Of a DNA stretch of 64,000 nucleotides, positions 49,713 through 61,564 are shown piece by piece. Source of the stretch: Mobula hypostoma (lineage: Eukaryota); assembly GCF_963921235.1 (NCBI RefSeq), contig NC_086111.1, forward strand, positions 4,092,001 through 4,156,000, in the 5' to 3' direction. How positions within the stretch are numbered: the stretch's first letter is position 1; every line of letters begins with the position of its first letter. The notes below the pieces were generated by a model. It saw nothing but the letters and a program-made list of their open reading frames with translations. It did not search any database and was not told the DNA's origin. The position numbers and the translations under genes are program-made.

Positions 49713-51289
49713 TTTGAACCAATGCTCTTCGGTCTAAACTCTGCTAAACAAAATAAAGTGAATCAATTTTTTTCTCTGTATTAATTTTTGTAGAATGCAG
49801 GAATTGTGGCATTTATCTCCCATCTATATCTCCTCTCAAAAAAGTGATGGTGGGAGACCTTCTCAAAACTATTCACACCTTCATGATGAAGCTAACCCAA
49901 TAACACCATTTATGTAGAGGTTCAACATTTAAACCCAGAAACAATGAAAAGCTGGCAATAAATTTTCAAGGAAAGATGGCATGTGGCTTAGAGAAAATCC
50001 TACTGATTGCAGTGTCCCTATGTACTTGTGCTCAGAGATTAGCTTTGTATATGTACACGTATATCGAAATGCACAGTTAAATGCTTTGCTTGCATCAAAT
50101 CCAATCAGCGAAGGTTGTGCTGGCTGGGGGCAGCATGCCTGTCGCTGTATATCAGTGCCACCCATCGCGTACTAACCCTAACCATACGCCTTTGGAATGT
50201 GAAGGGAAACTCAAGTGTCTGGGGGAAATCATGCACTCATGGGGAGAATGTACGAGGCCCTTGCTGATAGTGGCAAGAGTCCAAGCCTGATTGGTGATGC
50301 CGGCACAGTGAAGCGATTGCACTAACCTCTACACTACTGCACCGCCTGTCTATGTGACCATGCTTGTAAAGGTCACAGGTTTTGGACGTGTGTCGGAGTA
50401 TCAGTAGCCTAGGTTCGTAACTGCTGCATTTTTATGATGGTTTACATTACAATCTCCATGTGTGACTTATGGAAGGATTGAATGTGTGGGATGGTAGATG
50501 GGCTATCAACTTCTATTTTTGATGATGTGGAGCTTTTTTGAATCATCCTGGGATTCCACTTATCTAGGCCAGTGAAGAGCATCCCATCGTGCTCGTTTGT
50601 ACCCATGTAAGTATATGGTGGCATGCTTTGTTGTGGCAGGAGACAAGATCCTCCCTGCATTATACCCAACCCCTTGACCTGCTCTTACAGTCACCGACTG
50701 TGGCTCCTCTGGTTGGTCACTGAAGGCCTCCCAAGTGTAGCTGGCTAAACTCTCTCTTGTCAGTTGTGGTCACTGCCTGGCACCTCAGTGACACAACTGC
50801 TCTTTGCAGCTTGCCACCATCAAGAACAACTCATCACATATTACCTAGCTCTTGTGGAAGGCCATGTACGGATTGCTTCATTTTCTGAAGTGTTTGCAAC
50901 TGGAATTGGATGTAGTGCAACCAGAGGACATCCCCATTTTTGTCTCAAAATGAAAGGACAAAAAGAATTCTTGCAGCAACGTGTTCAGCTGACTGCCAAC
51001 AACAATAATCATCTTCTTCTGCGTAGGGCATGAGGTCAACCGTTGTTTTCTCCTCAATTCCTAATGAATTCTTTCTTACTAATCTAATGTTGCCTTGATA
51101 CCAATGGCAGTTATTCCCATTTCACCTCTGGAACTCAGCTCTTTGGTATAGTTTTGAACCAAAGCCAGGAAGAGGTTTGGTGCCAAGTGGTTTTGGTCAA
51201 AATCAAATTGGGCATCGGTGGCAATTAAGTATCATTTTGCCAATAGAGCATGGACTGATTGGGCGTAACTTAATAAACTGGATGTTCTG

Positions 51290-52025
51290 CTTTTTATGGA
51301 AAATGTCTGGGAGAAGAAGTTGTAATGGCAGAGGAGTACAAATACTTGGGTGTTCATCTCGACAACAGACTTGACTGGAAAACAACAGCAAGGCTGTTTT
51401 ACAAGAAGGGGATGAGCAGACTGTTAGGAAGCTGAGATGCTTCAATGTGTGCAGCAGGATGTTGGAGATCTTTTACCAGTCTGTTGTCGTGAGTGCAGTC
51501 TTCTTTGCAGCTTTACGTTGGGGGAGCAGCATCGGTGTTGGTGATGCAAAAAGACGAAATGAACTCATCAAAAAGGCTGGATCCGTCCTTGGCTACAAAC
51601 TGGACTCTCTTGAGTTAGTGGTGGAGAGGAGGTCACTGAACAAACTGTCATCTATTATGGACAATCTGGCAGATCCTCTCCATGACCCACTGAATAAGCA
51701 GCGGAATAAACAGACTCATTCAGCACCTCTGTTACAAGGGTCATTACAGAAAACCTTTCCTACCAAATGCAATAAACATATACAACAGTTCATCTCTGTG
51801 TGACGGGAGAACACACATCATAGTACAATAGTCTCTGTTTTATTATTTCATGCATTATTATTGCACATCGGTAAAATATTATTGTGTATATTATCATTCT
51901 GTACTTTAATTTAGTTAATATTATTATAATATTTATTATTATTATTGCTAAGTGTGTTTTTAAATGTTGCTGCTGTAATGAAATAATTCCCCACTCAGGA
52001 TCAATAAAGTGCTTATTATTATTAG
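51290..52025 (+). mobile_element. Rex/L2-like LINE 3' fragment
   Basis: YKYLGVHL.. and ORF 51447..51803 (LEIFYQSVVVSAVFFA). AATAAA plus (TAT)n tail. Confidence 0.8.
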
Positions 52026-54379
52026 TATTAGTACTAGAACCACGACTACTACAGCAGTTTGAACAGAAGCACAGCTAATTTGGGAATGCAAGTCCAGAAT
52101 TACCATCAGAATTACTAACTGGCCCCATATAGTCTTCATGATATTAAAAGTACATCAGATTGGTTAAAGACGGAATTTTATGACAGTGGGGTGATCAGGG
52201 AGCAGAGGTGCATCATCCACTCTGCAACACTGGCTTGACTACACATGTACTGGGACTGTTAGTACTAAGAGGTGACGCAGCAGGTGAAAAGCTGGGTTAA
52301 TTGGGTTTACTCAATTTCCCTCGGGATCAATAAAGTATGTCTATCTATCCATCTATCTATCTATCTACTAAGAATAGTGCAGATAATGTAAATGGTTTTG
52401 TGAAAGATCCTCAGCGAACAGTAGGTTTTAACATTCCCTTAAGTGCCTACAGCCTTGACGTTTATCCATGAAGTGAAGATTCAGGGCCACAAACTTGCTA
52501 ATGTTGCACCATTTAAGTGAAGTTTTGCTAAAAAAGCACCAATGTATCAGCAAGGTTTTATTCCAGTTTGTTGTTCGTTCGTTATCTGCTGTGTCTTAAT
52601 CAGTAGAATCATTTATTTTTCAAGAAGTTTTATAGCTATAAATCATGAGCAGGAATAGGTGATTTGAGCCTCTGAGTTTGCTTCTCCATTCAACAAGACC
52701 AAGGCTAAACTGATCTCAACCCCTTCACTTCCCTCTTTGCTTCCTTTCTTAACATGTCAATGAATCAGCATTGACAAACCTCCAAGGTAGAAAACCACAG
52801 AGAGTCATAAACCCTCTGACTGAAGAAACTTCCTCCTCATTTTGGCCTTAAAATATCAAACTTGTATTTCAAACCTTTCAATTCTAACTCTACATTCCTC
52901 CAAGGAATACAAACCCACAGCAGCACTCTCTCTGAATTTGCAGCTAGCAGTTTTGTTTAAATTCCAGCCTGCTCTTCATTAGACATCTGTTTCTTCTCAG
53001 CAGTCAACCTAGGACACCTTCTCTGAAATGCCTCAATTGCAAGTATGCCCCTCCCTAATTAATATACTAAACTGGTTTACCAGTTTCTTTCACTGGTTCA
53101 AGACTTGCCAGCTCCAAGGATCCTAACACCTCAAGCTATCAATGGTTGCAAGTTGGTAGGCTAGACATTCCATTATTACTCTTTGCAGAGTTTCTGTGCC
53201 TTTTAGTTATTCACGGTTTTGTTTTCCAGTGAATTTTTGCACGTATCAAGATAAAGACTGGGAAACTGTGCATTCATGCATCGCAGACATAGACTGTCAT
53301 TCTCACAGTTTCAAACACGCCACAGCGCATTGCAGAACAAAGCACTACGTAATATTAATGCTAAAATCAAGCTGTAGTTCCAAGTACATTCATGTCCAAT
53401 GTGCAACAAAGGCAATGTTGATGTAAATTTAAGGTCATTGTACGCCTTTAACATTAGATTCAGGATTTAGGTCAGCCAACTCATTTCACCTGACAGCCGA
53501 TGGCCGAATCTCCAAGCCAGGAAGAGTGCTGAATTTAAGATGGATGAAAAGACAATGTATTCAGGACGTAGGGTGAATACCTAAATATCTGGGACTTCTA
53601 TCAAATATAATCTGAGAAATACAGTCGTACAACTCAGACTAATATAAAAATGAGAAAACTGAAATATATTTTCGAATGGTTGAAATCTAAAATATAAACG
53701 GAAAATGCTGGGTAAACTCAATAGGTTAGGCAGCATCTGTATGAAGAAAAGTGGTTACTGTTTCAGATCCTTCAGTCAGTCTGGGGAAGAGATAACAGAA
53801 AATAATATTTAAGCTGCAGAGAAAATGGCATTAAGGCTGGATAAGGATGTGACTGCCCACCATAGAACAATGATAAGTCAAACTGGTTAATAGATTCAAG
53901 ATGGTTAATGTCATTTCCAGTCACAAGTGTAAAGGAGACAATATAATTGTTACTCAGGATCTGTTGTAGTACAAATAAAACACGTAAGATAAAGAACTCA
54001 ATAAATATGAAAGCATGAGATAGCTTGTATACATAGTATGTCCTTAAAGTGGCGCTAGGCACTGGAATGAATGCCTGCATACAAGGTGACTGACAAGAAA
54101 TGATAAAGTAGTGCTGGAGATGGGTGTGCAGGGGTGGGTTAATTCCTGGAGGGCTTGATTAACTTTACTGCTTGGGGAAAGTAACTGTTATTGAGTCTGG
54201 TGGTCCTGGCGTGATAGGGCTGATAGATAGCTAAAACCTCTTCTCTTTGAAATGTTAACACCTTCTCCTCTTTCCACAGATGTAGCCCTGACCTTTTAAA
54301 GCGTTTTTAGCATTTGTACTCACAGTAACGCCAAAAAAACAAATCGCAATCGCAAGCAGAAACAGTAAATCATTAAGAT

Positions 54380-54592
54380 CAACACACACAAAATGGTGGA
54401 GGAACTTGGCAAATCAGGCAGCATCTAAGAGTGGAATAAACAGTTGATGCCTTAGGGCTGAAATGAAGTTGTGAAGAAGGGTCTGGGCCTGAAATGTCAC
54501 CTGTTTATTCCCACCAGAGGTGATTCACTGAGCTCGTCCAACATTTTGTGTGTGCTTCTCAAGATGTCCAGCATCTGCAGAATCTCATGTGC
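54380..54592. mobile_element. Decayed fold-back Penelope pLTR pair
   Basis: Minus arm 54380-54463 and plus arm 54470-54592. Confidence 0.7.
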
Positions 54593-55328
54593 AGATATCA
54601 GGATCAATTAAGATATTTCTCTCTAAAATTATCCATGGAGTAGAGTGTGATGGAATGAATGTTATGTGTGGCCAAGAGATAATACTCATTCTAGATTTCC
54701 GATTTATTGATAGGAATAACTAACTTTCTATTACCTACATATTGTGCCTTATGAGCTAACAGAATAAGTGAGAGTGAAGAGCTAGGTAGCTCAGAACCAC
54801 TTGAAGCTCTAGTTTAAAGACAGTTTCAGATCTTGATGTAATTTCACTACATTATTCACCTGGCCGACAAATAAGTGGCCGAGTTGCCAAAATAACGGTG
54901 ACAGGAAGGAACTGTTACAAGTTGCAACCAAGATAACTAAAATCCTAAGATATAATGATTCCTTTCTAAGTCCTGGGGTCAGTTGGGATTGTCAGGACTG
55001 CGTCCCTTGTTTGAACGATTGGATTCCACCCTCAGAAATAGCGAGCAAACGCTCAGCGGCTGAGGGGAGGCTCAGCATACCTCTGGTTTTCGGACGGAGT
55101 ACAGGCGAGCACCAACAAGCATCGGTTGCGAGGGGTAGTCAGGGTAACGGCCAGTCGTTACTAGGCACCGCGCTCCTTCACATTGTTGCAACGCGAAAAT
55201 GCTACATTTACCCGGGAGCCAGTCGCACCGGCAGCCGTGCCGCCGCTGCGTGTGTCCGGCTGTCCGTGGGGGAGTGCCCGTCCGGCGGCAACTCACGCAG
55301 CCGGCCTGCTCTCGCCATTCTCGCTTAC

Positions 55329-55520
55329 CGCTTGCTTTTATTAGTAATAACTGGACACTGAGCACTGCCGAGAGGAAAGCCCGCCAGGTAGCGCGGCGGC
55401 GGCCCGCTCAGCCGTACCTCCCCGTCCCGACCCCCCCCCCGTACTCCGGCCCGATGGCAGCGCCCAGCGGGAGCGCGCGGTTCCTTCCGGCTCGCGCGGC
55501 GCGGGCCAGCTCAAAGCCGC
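55329..55520 (-). other. TADA3: Probable TADA3 non-coding first exon (two candidate donors)
   Basis: Donors GAG|GTACGG (55418/55417) and GCG|GTAAGC (55329/55328) on the minus strand within the CpG island. TSS approximate. Confidence 0.5.
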
Positions 55521-55927
55521 GTGCACGGGAGGGGTCGGGCAGGTCGGCGGGGTAAATGCCTGCAGCGGTCCCGGGACCACCAGGCTTGCAGGAGAAATGC
55601 ACAATGATTTAGCAGTGTTAACTGAAGGAGAGGGGCAAGATAAGCCAGAACCGTGCACAAAGCGAGGCAAGGGCACAGGCTTCATCCCCACTCCCATGCA
55701 AGCATGGTACACTCCATGCAGGGGGAGTGAGAGAAAACACAATGCATATTAATACCAGGATCATTAAAGAGAACTTAATGCAGAAAATAACTTCCTGCTG
55801 TAAGAGCGATGGTACGTTGCACATAAGGCGAATACTGCCTGACTTTGCGCTGGGGGCTGTGCGCATGCGCAGGCGCCCGGCCCGACCCGACCCTGTCCGG
55901 TCCGTTTCCGCCTTCCGGGAAGACAAG

Positions 55928-55930
55928 ATG
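55928..55930 (+). CDS. ARPC4: ARPC4 exon 1 (start codon only)
   Basis: CAAGATG|GTAAGC. ATG-only first coding exon as in other vertebrate ARPC4 genes. Confidence 0.88.
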
Positions 55931-57004
55931 GTAAGCGGGGCCGGGGCCGGGGTCGGGCAGCGCTGAGCGGCTCCCAGCTCGGGGTCTCCGCGGCCGAGCG
56001 ACAGTCACCACCCACCCTGAGCCGGGGGGTGGTCAGCGCTGGGTGCTGCTCTCGGATAACGGGGCGAACGGACCCCACCCATCTCCCGAGGGCGAGAGCA
56101 GATCCACACCCAGCGCTTCCTGTCATTGAGCCAGCGTTAAAGCCGGAGAGACTCGGGCCGGTCGAGCCAGGCTCTTTGTCCGCTGCCCAGCGCCCTGTCT
56201 CTGAATCCCCTCCGACTGGACCAAGAACCGTTTTCTCCATAGCTTGACGGAGGGTCGGAGAAGAACGGGAGGGCAGGAGATGAAATGGGGGGGCTAGGTC
56301 TCGGGGTTGTTCGAGTTGTCCACCTTTTTAAATCTGAAAGGGTGCAGCACGGCCTAATCTTATTTGTAGGAGAATGAGAAATTGTCACTAAAATCTCACG
56401 TTATTTTATTAATTTATGCGTATTTTCTAGGCCATATACTTTATCGGGGGTTTACACGTTATTTTCAAAGAACTTATTAGTTAGCAAGTTTGTTTTCTAT
56501 GTGAAAAGCTGGCTGGAGTGCAAACTTTGAAGTTTGATACTCAGTTATAAGGTTCTAATTATTGTACATGTAGTTCATTTGTGATTCATTTAATTTTTTT
56601 AAAATTAGAAGTTCAATTATACTTCCTTCTGTACAGTTATTTAGCCTAAGTACTTAAAATTTCATAACCAAAAATCCTACCATTGAACTTTAAAAAATTT
56701 GAATTTGATTTTTAAAAATATGAATAAGTTTGGCACTATTAAAAGTGGCTGCCATTTTAAAAAAGAATTAGTTCACCAATGCTCTTGTGGGATTTCAGTC
56801 ATAGGGAAACGTGATTTGGGCCTTGGTTGTTCTTGGACAATCATGTCCAAATATCTTCAAAAGTTTGGTGTGGATGCCTTTGTGTGCATGAACTACTTTG
56901 TTTGTCATCAGTTACTATATATCATTAGGATGTAATGTCTGTGTTATGTGGCACAATTTGTGTTCTGGATATTCGTACCGAGCTTGCTGGTAGGCTTGTC
57001 AGTT

Positions 57005-57430
57005 CGTTACTTGCTTACTGCCCCTTATTCCTGCTGCCATTTAGACCAGCAATGAAGGTCCCCCATCTCTGGCAGTGTTCTTTCATCGTGGTGGTAGCTT
57101 CCCCTTGGTTTTCACTACTGTCAATCATGCAAGTCCTGGGTGAAGACTGGGGAATACCATCACAGACAGATATATAAAGATTCTTCATTGCTGTTTCCAT
57201 CACAGTTTTGTTTGATCAGTCAGGGTTGTTGGCCCTGAGTGGAACCCCCAAACCTGGAGGACCAGTGGACCACTTAGTCTGGCCTCTACCCTTTGACCTA
57301 TTTGGCATGGACAACCCTACCAAGAGCCCAAGTATGAAACCCTGACTCCAGCCATCATAGCTGTCTGGACCAGTGAAGCGTGGAATCGTCCAAATCACAA
57401 CAAAGTTGTGGTCCTCTTGAAGGTTGCTAC
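57005..57430 (-). mobile_element. Non-autonomous RTE (Expander/Rex3-like) derivative
   Basis: 5'UTR-like TGGTAGGGTTGTCCATGCCAAATAGGTC..GGCCAGAC fused to an RTE-like 3' end with a (TAAG)n-like tail. Confidence 0.55.
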
Positions 57431-57558
57431 CGTTAACCGCCCACAATCGACTCCCTCCATTAGTTATCTAAATTTTCACATTAGTTGTTGCATCAGGTAT
57501 TATTCACTCTGGTCTATTCAATAATGTCGTCTTTAATGACTGTCAACAAGTACTAATG

Positions 57559-58034
57559 CAACACGCACACAATGTTGCTGGAACCTAGCAGGTCAGGCAG
57601 CATCTATGGAAATGAGTAAACAGTCAACATTTCGACTTGAGACCCTTCATCAGGACTAAAAATGAACAGGGAAGACTGGGGAAGAAGGATAGTGTGAACA
57701 TTGATTTTTGCCTTCTAGTATTTTTTTCCTTTCCCCACTCTGGGCTCTTGCCTCTTCTCACCTGCCTATCACCTCCGCCTGGTACCCCTCCTCTTCTTCC
57801 CTTTCTCTCATGGTCCACTCTTCTCGCTTATCAGATTCCTTTTTCAACTCTTACCTCTACCACTCACTTGGCTTCAGCTATCAAGTTTTTATTCTGGCAT
57901 CTTTCCCCTTCCCTTCCAATCCTGAAGAAGGGTCTCGGAAACATCGACTGTTCATTCTTTTCCATCAATGCTGCCTGACCTGCTGAGTTCCTCCAGCATT
58001 TTGTGTCTGTTGCCCTGCAGAATCTCTTGTGTTT
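57559..58034. mobile_element. Fold-back Penelope-like insertion in ARPC4 intron 1
   Basis: Inverted arms with hammerhead motifs at 57621-57658(-) and 57917-57950(+). TSD AAGTAC(T/C)AATG at 57548-57558 and 58035-58045. Confidence 0.85.
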
Positions 58035-58175
58035 AAGTACCAATGTATCTGTCTAGTTAAATATATTAAAACATGTAGATCAAAATAGGACTATTTTTCA
58101 ACATGGATGCAGGCTTTTTAGAGATGAAATTCCTCCAAAAGTGTTTAAATTTTTGTGTTCTCTCCTTTTGTAAAG

Positions 58176-58291
58176 GCTACACTGCGGCCATATCTGAATG
58201 CTGTTCGCGCCACCCTTCAAGCAGCACTGTGTCTGGAAAACTTCTCATCACAGGTGGTGGAGCGGCATAATAAACCAGAGGTGGAAGTGAG
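58176..58291 (+). CDS. ARPC4: ARPC4 (Arp2/3 complex 20 kDa subunit) exon 2
   Basis: [38 protein letters not shown]; 116 nt; aag| and |GTAAC boundaries. Confidence 0.96.
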
Positions 58292-58905
58292 GTAACAGGT
58301 TCCGTTTTTCGTTTGTCTCACTAAAACAATGCAATCTGTTTTTAGAGCTAAATGTGAATAAGCTTACTTTTGGACACTTGATGAAAGAGTTAAGTAATAC
58401 CAAAAACTGATTCTTTAAGCTTTGTGGCTGAGATTTATTTATATAACGGGCAAATGAGCAGGATAACATTTTCAATAATCCTTGCAGAAGTATTCTTTTA
58501 CTGAAATATTGACTTCAGAGTACCTGCTCTTCGGAATGGTGGTGCCTTTGTAGTTTCAATGTGGCACATTACGGTGTCTCAATACCAGTCCAAGTCGTCA
58601 TAGTTGTTATGTGGAGAAATTTCTCTTTTGGCTTGGTTCTTAAGCACATTATTGGAACACTGTGATACATCACATTGAAACTAAAAAGGTGGGACCATTT
58701 TTAAATACAAAGCTAGCACAATGACTTGAAATTGCTTCTTGGAAAACTCAAGAACGCTGTAAGTCTGGGATCACACCATCCGCATGCAATCCTTGGGAAT
58801 ATCTTTACATCAACACTCTAAAACAAAATGAATATAAATAATCCATGGAGAGTTGGATGTTTTTGCTTGCTCGATGGTAACAGACAACGTTTTACTTCAA
58901 AATAG

Positions 58906-59017
58906 GAGCAGTAAAGAGCTGCTACTTCAGCCTTTGATCATCAGCAGGAATGAGAAGGAGAAGGTCCTTATTGAAGGCTCAATAAACTCTGTACGAGTCA
59001 GCATTGCAATCAAGCAG
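58906..59017 (+). CDS. ARPC4: ARPC4 exon 3
   Basis: [37 protein letters not shown]; 112 nt. Confidence 0.96.
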
Positions 59018-59699
59018 GTCAGTGCCCTACCTAACTTCGTTCATGTGTACCTGGCATGTAATCTAAATACTGCACTGGTGGTCAACCAGTTTCTAATCAT
59101 GCACAATTTGAAATCTGGGAAGTTTTATCTAACTTGAAGTTTGAGCAAAATGTACATTTTCTTTTGGAAACACTAGCTGCCAAAAGTTTAAATAATAACA
59201 TCATACTGCATTTAGGTGCTTCTGCCTGTTACATCATTCTGTAAGATTCCCTTTCACTTTCCTGCCCAGTATCCAAATCCCTTTCTGTTAAAGCCAAAAA
59301 AAAACTACTGATCTGCCTTGCATTTACTCAGTAGTTGGGTACACACGTCTTCTGAGGTGGATAATTCCAAAGATTCTCAACTCTCTGAATGCAGGAATTT
59401 CTCTTTTGACTTGATCCTCATTCAGAGATTGTGCAACCAAGGAAAAATACTTTATCCAAGCTTTTATCTATGCAAGTATATAAAACTTCTAAATCCTTCT
59501 GTGCAACAACTTTTCATATGACATTTTATTGATTTTTTTTGACAGTTTCAGATATAACACATACTTCCTCTTCAGTTACTCTGCAAGATCTTTTTAATTC
59601 AGCATGTTTACCCTGACTATTGAAATGGTGTTCATCTCTGCCTAATCTCTAAGGGAGCCAATTCCTTCCCTCACCATCCATTCACTCTTAATTTATTTG

Positions 59700-60290
59700 C
59701 TCACCTGATTTCCCTCTTAAGTGTATTCTTAAGCTTTTTATGGTCATCAAGGGATTTACTCGATCCTGACCACCTAAACCTAATGTATACAGTACTCCTG
59801 TCTTTTTCTTGACCAGAGCATTGATATTTCTCAATAGCCAAGGTTCCCTGAACTGGCCAGGTTTAACCTTGGACTTGACCCATGTTTTTCCATCACTATC
59901 TTAAAACTAATAGAATTATGGTCACGAGCCAAAGTGCTCCCTGACTGCATTTACTGGCCCTGCCTCATTCCATCAGAAGTTGTCCAATGTTGTATTGTCC
60001 TCAAAAGGGTTCTCTTTTTATTGACTTGGGAGAGCTTCCTGGATACATTTCACAAATTCCACCTTGACCGGTGCCTGTCAGTACTGGGGGGGGGGGAACT
60101 AAAATCGCCCACTAATACAAACATATTATTCTTAAAACAATGAGCAGTTTCTCTACACACCTGTTCCTTAATTACCCACTGACTTTTGGAGGGGGATCTA
60201 TAATATAACCTCACTAGAGTGATCCTCCATTTGTTTCTAAGTTCTACCCAGACAGCCTCTTGTACAACATTAGAATGGCACATCTCATCC
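59700..60290 (-). mobile_element. Decayed CR1 endonuclease-domain fragment
   Basis: ORF 60050..60295 has EAVWVELRN..LYYRSP..VLVGDF. Confidence 0.75.
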
Positions 60291-60952
60291 CTCATTTCTT
60301 AAATTATTTTGGTCCTCTCTGTAGTGTCATTTACCTACTACATAATAAACAAAGTCATTAGTCACAGTCTTCACCTCTTCCCCTTCCCTCACCCGCACCC
60401 GTTTCGTCTGTATTCCTGCAGCGTGCTTTTTTTCTCTCACACATGACCATCAGCTGCCTTTGCTTTTTGATATTAACTAAGGCTAAATGATAATTTACTG
60501 AAAGGAGGAAATGCACATGGTCGTGGAAAGAACATGCAAACTCTGCACAGAGCACCAGGGTTGGGATCAAACCCACGTTCCTGGAGCTGTAAGGCAGTAG
60601 CAATAATAACTGAGGTGCCACCTTTTTCATACGGAATAGGCAAACGATGTACATACAATGAGGCTCAATTTTACCTAATTAAATGAATAAAAATGCAAAT
60701 GTCAAAGATCTGAAACAAAAGTGAAAATATGCATTTGGTCAGTCAATAACAGTAACCCTCTGTTTATAGAGTGGTTGTGTTGCTAGAAAATAGTCCATGT
60801 CACGGTTTTCAATTAAGTGAATCATTTACTCCCATTAAATCCCATGTTATAAGGGAAGATGTGTTCTTACGGAAGTTTTCCTCTCAAGAGTAAGGCCCCC
60901 ACAAGCCTGCAGACTACATGGAAGAGAATTTTGATTGTATTATAGGCCAAAG

Positions 60953-61210
60953 GACCCGGTTGATGGCGTAGTGGCATCAGCACCGGTTCGGGACGAAAGG
61001 TCCCGAGTTCGAATCCAGCCAGTTCCCCTGCACGCTTTCCACCTGTGCTGGGCTACGAGCTGGTGATCTCTTTGGAAACTCACCCGGCAGAAGGCAGTGG
61101 CAAACCACTGCTGTAACTTGCCTCGTACGCGGTTCCCCACTATGTCAGAGAGGCGTGGAGGGAAATCGTCCGCTAACCGGAGAAACTCCAGATGTGACGT
61201 ACCTTTCCCT
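60953..61210 (+). mobile_element. Young tRNA-derived SINE with an RTE-like body
   Basis: A box TGGCGTAGTGG, B box GTTCGAATCC, GAAGGCAGTGGCAAACCACT motif. Perfect 13-bp TSD TTATAGGCCAAAG (60940-60952, 61211-61223). Confidence 0.88.
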
Positions 61211-61564
61211 TTATAGGCCAAAGAGAAAGGATTATTACTTTAATTGACTAGAAGTGATAATACATTGTTTCGGTAGAAGAGATTGCTAATCCCTTAAGTG
61301 ATTCCTGCTACGAACTGGCAGCCTGCACTCGTGGTTCTCATAAACTCTGGAGACTTTTTTGTCTCCCATTAGAACAGATTTGTATTCTGTACCTCAAATA
61401 TCTGGTAGTGATTTGTGAAATCAGTGAGGGTGAATTTTCATTACCCACATTACAGAAGTACAGGGGAACACTGTAATACGATTTATTCACATGTTGGCTA
61501 TTTCCATAGAATGCTAACAGTTTAAGGCTAGATTGTTAAAACTATCTTGTCTTCACTGATTGTA

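Larger units (their letters stand above)
55000..56300. promoter_or_regulatory. CpG island / bidirectional TADA3-ARPC4 promoter
   Basis: High GC and CpG. NRF1 palindrome TGCGCATGCGCA 55860-55871. ETS CTTCCGG at ~55484-55490 and ~55912-55918. YY1-like AAGATGG over the ARPC4 ATG. Confidence 0.88.

Noticed and set aside
50171-50185. CTAACCCTAAC resembling a telomerase RNA template or telomeric repeat
   Set aside because: Lies in a decayed V-SINE-like element; no pseudoknot or H/ACA context.
55011-56388. Multiple overlapping ORFs in the CpG island
   Set aside because: Expected from high GC content; the real coding content is only the ARPC4 ATG.
57216-57430. Possible HDV-like ribozyme at the 5' end of the RTE derivative
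   Set aside because: Known for some RTE elements, but I could not fit the nested double pseudoknot to this decayed copy.
60958-61022. tRNA-like sequence in ARPC4 intron 3
   Set aside because: SINE head with body and TSD; no proper acceptor stem.
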